Source: an uncultured Candidatus Saccharibacteria bacterium | GTDB lineage: Bacteria; Patescibacteriota; Minisyncoccia; UBA6257; 2-01-FULL-56-20 | Assembly: GCA_964467765.1 (NCBI GenBank) | Contig: CAYXSS010000002.1 | Span: forward strand, 1,310-65,309 | DNA: 64,000 bases | Direction of reading: 5' to 3' | Shown here: one piece after another, positions 61,046-64,000 of the stretch | Numbering within the stretch: position 1 is the first letter of the stretch | Layout of the letters: the number at the start of each line of letters is the position of its first letter | Position numbers and translations under genes: made by a program | The notes under the pieces: model-generated | What the model was told of the DNA's origin: nothing | Databases searched by the model: none | The model's input: the letters and a program-made list of their open reading frames with translations, nothing else

Positions 61046-62166
61046 TTCTTCTCCGTTTTCTTCAGGTGCCAGCGTTTGCGGTAAAACGAGTGGTCGGTGT
61101 AATAATCGTTAGCCTTGAATTTTCCGTTTTTTTCTTCGCCAACCTCGAGATAAATGTCGTACCAGCCCGGTTTTACTTTCGTATAGAACCCAAGGAGATA
61201 CATCTTGCCGATTCTCTCCTCGATTTCTTTGAAGGCGTCATTTGCGTCATCAACGTTTTTTACCAGGAGGCGAGCCCCCCCGCTCATTTCGGCGATTTCG
61301 CCCAATTCGTTCTGGGTGTTGAGAGGAGCCGTAAGCGAATTTGCCAGGTCCGAGAAATTATATCTTTCGGAAAAATCGACTACATAAAGGATGGTATTGG
61401 TGTCTTGCAGTGCAGAAACAGCGTCGCCGGCGGTAACCTTCTGGCATGTTTTGGACCTGCCCCACATTCGTTTCTTCTCCGGACAAACATCGCCGCTTTC
61501 GGGATCGATCAAGGGAAATCTTACCGTATCTATTCCGTCCGTGGCGACGAAAATGATTTTCGTATAATCGCCGACATCCTTCATTTTTTTGGCAGCCAGA
61601 TAAACCGAATCGAAAATGGCGCTTGTCCCTCCGGGTTTGACGTTGTCGAACTTTCCTTCGGAGGCGGGAACGTTTTCCGTCCAATCAACAAGCCAGTGAA
61701 GACGCTCGGAAAATTCCCCGATTGCGTATTTGTCCTCCGACTTTCTTGTGATAAACGTTTTTATGAGATCGAGGCTTGCCGGTACGGAAAACTTTTTGAA
61801 GTAGTTCGTCGTTGACGCCGAAGAGTCGTTGAGCCCGATGATTCGCAGCGGCGGAACGTTTTGTTTGTCGAAAACGCGCGGCGCAAGTATCTCGCAGTCC
61901 GCGAGACTCGGCCCTTTCTTTCGCTGCTTACTCCAGCGAACCTCCGATGATCCGGGACAAATTGCTACGCGGAAATTTTCTTTCATTAAGGTCGTGACCA
62001 AATGGTTATTCTTGTCCATGACCACAACCTCGAGATTTAAAAGATTGACATCCACAGTTAGTTTTTCCGTGCCGACAGGATTATCGGCTGTTTTCGTCGT
62101 TGCGAAAACTTGGAAAACCGTTAAGAAAGCAAAACAAAACAGCGTGAGAGTCAGCTTGTTTTTCAT
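61042..62166 (-). CDS. secreted VWA-domain protein (VWFA-related type)
   Basis: signal peptide, VNL...VVV.DK....T.L..ENFRV, MIDAS DSSAS, GGTSAIFDSV, TDG.D, IAEMSGG. Confidence 0.85.
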   Translation of the reverse strand: MKNKLTLTLFCFAFLTVFQVFATTKTADNPVGTEKLTVDVNLLNLEVVVMDKNNHLVTTLMKENFRVAICPGSSEVRWSKQRKKGPSLADCEILAPRVFDKQNVPPLRIIGLNDSSASTTNYFKKFSVPASLDLIKTFITRKSEDKYAIGEFSERLHWLVDWTENVPASEGKFDNVKPGGTSAIFDSVYLAAKKMKDVGDYTKIIFVATDGIDTVRFPLIDPESGDVCPEKKRMWGRSKTCQKVTAGDAVSALQDTNTILYVVDFSERYNFSDLANSLTAPLNTQNELGEIAEMSGGARLLVKNVDDANDAFKEIEERIGKMYLLGFYTKVKPGWYDIYLEVGEEKNGKFKANDYYTDHSFYRKRWHLKKTEKK

Positions 62167-62263
62167 GCGGCACCACTGGATTGATTAAAAAGCTACTTGT
62201 ATACTACGATAGATTGCCGAAGTTTGCAACCGCGGTGGTGGCGTACGCCGCGAGCAATATGAT

Positions 62264-62334
62264 GCAGGATTAGTATAGTGGCAGTACGGTTGCTTCCCAA
62301 GCAACAGGCGCCGGTTCGATTCCGGTATCCTGCT
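62264..62334 (+). tRNA. tRNA-Gly(CCC)
   Basis: GCAGGAT/ATCCTGC acceptor, GTTGC-TTCCCAA-GCAAC, GCCGG-TTCGATT-CCGGT. Confidence 0.95.
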
Positions 62335-62425
62335 CAACCCAGAAGTATTTTATGAAAGAATGATTGTTCTAAAATAGCACCGATCCTGTGTTTCGGCTTC
62401 AAATGGTTTGCCGAGGATTAGAGTT

Positions 62426-63196
62426 TCACACCCTTCTTCTCAGAAGGCTTAACCCGAATATCGAAGCTGCGACAACTACAACTGCCGGTCCCAATTCCAG
62501 TCCGTAATTTTTGGACAGAGCAAAGCCAATGGCAACGGATAGCACACTGAAGACGGATGACAGTGAGAGGAATTTTCCGAGCGTGTGAACGATTTGCCTT
62601 GCCGCCGCCGCGGGAATGATGATAAGCGATCCCATCAGCAGTGCTCCTAAAAATCTCAAACCTAAAATAATAGTCAGGGAAAAAATCAGAAGAAAAAAAA
62701 GGTTAAGCAATTTAAGATTTGTTTTTGTGGTTGCCGCGAGATCGGAAGAAAAAGTTCCTATGATTAACCTGTTTTTGAGAAGCCAGACGGCAAGAAAAAC
62801 GATTGCCGCAAAAGAAAGCCCAAGTACAAACTCCAAAAGAGACAGTCCTCCGAGCCCGCCGAAGAGGGCTTCTTCGAGATTTTCCTTTGGGGTAATAAGC
62901 GCTCCCAAGGCCAGAGAGGCGGCGAAGATAACTCCGATGGCCACCTCGGTAGTAAGAGCCGTTTTTTCCTCAACTCTCCAAATAATTATTGTGCCCAGCA
63001 AGAGAGTGGCTGCGCCGCCCAGTACCGGATTTATTCCGTAAAGAATTGCCAGTCCTATTCCCGGCAAAGCGATATGAGAAATTACGTCTCCAGCCAGAGA
63101 CAGCCGCTTCATCAAAGCAAAGCTACCGATAAGGCCGGCGGCGCCGGCGGAGACGAGCGCCAGAATTATTGAATAAACCTCGCTATTGCCGGCCAT
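62426..63196 (-). CDS. znuB: metal (Zn/Mn) ABC transporter permease
   Basis: GDVISHIALPG, LFG, LGALL....IIPAAAA. Confidence 0.88.
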   Translation of the reverse strand: MAGNSEVYSIILALVSAGAAGLIGSFALMKRLSLAGDVISHIALPGIGLAILYGINPVLGGAATLLLGTIIIWRVEEKTALTTEVAIGVIFAASLALGALITPKENLEEALFGGLGGLSLLEFVLGLSFAAIVFLAVWLLKNRLIIGTFSSDLAATTKTNLKLLNLFFLLIFSLTIILGLRFLGALLMGSLIIIPAAAARQIVHTLGKFLSLSSVFSVLSVAIGFALSKNYGLELGPAVVVVAASIFGLSLLRRRV

Positions 63197-63887
63197 TAAA
63201 GTGATGAAAAAATTTATGCGGTCCGAAAAGATCACTTAGAGATTCCGGCCGTAGCGCTTCTTCCGGCGCGCCGAAGCAGACAGCCGATTTGTTGAGACAC
63301 AAAACTTTACTTGCGTAGCGATAGACGAAATGCAGATCGTGTGAAACAACTATCGTCGTCATTTTTCTCGAGTCCTGCAAGCGGTGGATAAGATCGAAGA
63401 TTTGTTCTTCACCGTGGATGTCGATGCTTGCCGTCGGCTCATCCAAAAGAAGGACATTCGGTTTTCCGAGGATAGCAAAAGCAATCAGGGATTTTTGGAA
63501 TTGTCCGCCGGAAAGATGGCCAACGGAAGTTTCGAGAATTGTTTTTGTAAGACCAGCGTCCTCTGCCGCCGAGACTACTTCTCGCTTGTCCAGTTTCAAG
63601 ATTGCCGCTTTCGCTTCGAGCAGGTTACGAAAATTAATTGGCAGGTGCCTGTCCGCATCTATTTTTTGCGGAACATAGCCGACCCGCACCCCGGAGTTCC
63701 ACGTTATTTTTCCTTCGTAAGGAATTAAACCAAGCAGGGCTTTAAGCAGGACGGTTTTTCCGGAACCGTTTGGTCCGATTAAAGCCAGGCTTTCTCCGGC
63801 CTCAATGGAAAAATTTAAATTTTTTACGGCAAAAAAATCGCCGAAGCGCACAGTTAGATTATCGGTGGCAAGAATTGGTTGCGGCAT
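63183..63887 (-). CDS. znuC: metal (Zn/Mn) ABC transporter ATP-binding protein
   Basis: GPNGSGKT, GYVPQ, LSGGQ, LLLDEPT, VSHD. Confidence 0.9.
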   Translation of the reverse strand: MPQPILATDNLTVRFGDFFAVKNLNFSIEAGESLALIGPNGSGKTVLLKALLGLIPYEGKITWNSGVRVGYVPQKIDADRHLPINFRNLLEAKAAILKLDKREVVSAAEDAGLTKTILETSVGHLSGGQFQKSLIAFAILGKPNVLLLDEPTASIDIHGEEQIFDLIHRLQDSRKMTTIVVSHDLHFVYRYASKVLCLNKSAVCFGAPEEALRPESLSDLFGPHKFFHHFNGRQ

Positions 63888-64000
63888 AATGATAATTTAA
63901 ATTATACCGCACAATGGCGTTCACAGCCTTTCTGTGTTGCCACCGGATTTTTGTCCACATGTTCCATCCTTCTGGTTTTGCTATGATTTTTATGAACAGT

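Noticed and set aside
1-64000. Prophage or intact transposon
   Set aside because: No integrase, transposase, terminase or structural gene motifs recognised.

Overview
64 kb of a small-genome bacterial chromosome. Gene content points to Patescibacteria/Parcubacteria (CPR): TGS-less ThrRS, rplK without rplA, DUF4012, archaeal-type Cmk and many leaderless-type starts. Housekeeping genes include rodA, mltG, a single fused rpoB-rpoC ORF, rpsF, ssb, rplK, gatB, miaA, tatD, leuS, htrA, thrS, serS, alr, ftsQ, lepA, lon, pcm, znuBC, tRNA-Ser(CGA) and tRNA-Gly(CCC). Main points of interest: (1) A decayed diversity-generating retroelement (DGR) locus at about 36.4-41.35 kb. It has two CLec-type target genes sharing an identical 527-bp 3' block, matching downstream hairpins and covarying 5' leader hairpins, plus an unannotated C-terminal reverse-transcriptase relic; no TR or avd is visible. 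(2) Two clusters of nucleotide-processing genes, including four nucleoside-deoxyribosyltransferase (NDT)-fold proteins and a 979-aa protein with HTH-like repeats and tandem calcineurin-like domains, beside a GMPR-like GuaB and a DEDD nuclease. (3) An alpha/beta hydrolase inserted into LeuRS. (4) REP-like palindromes inserted in frame into core genes, and a tRNA-derived mini-element. (5) A prkA-yeaH-spoVR operon. All family calls come from motif recognition by eye; no searches were run.
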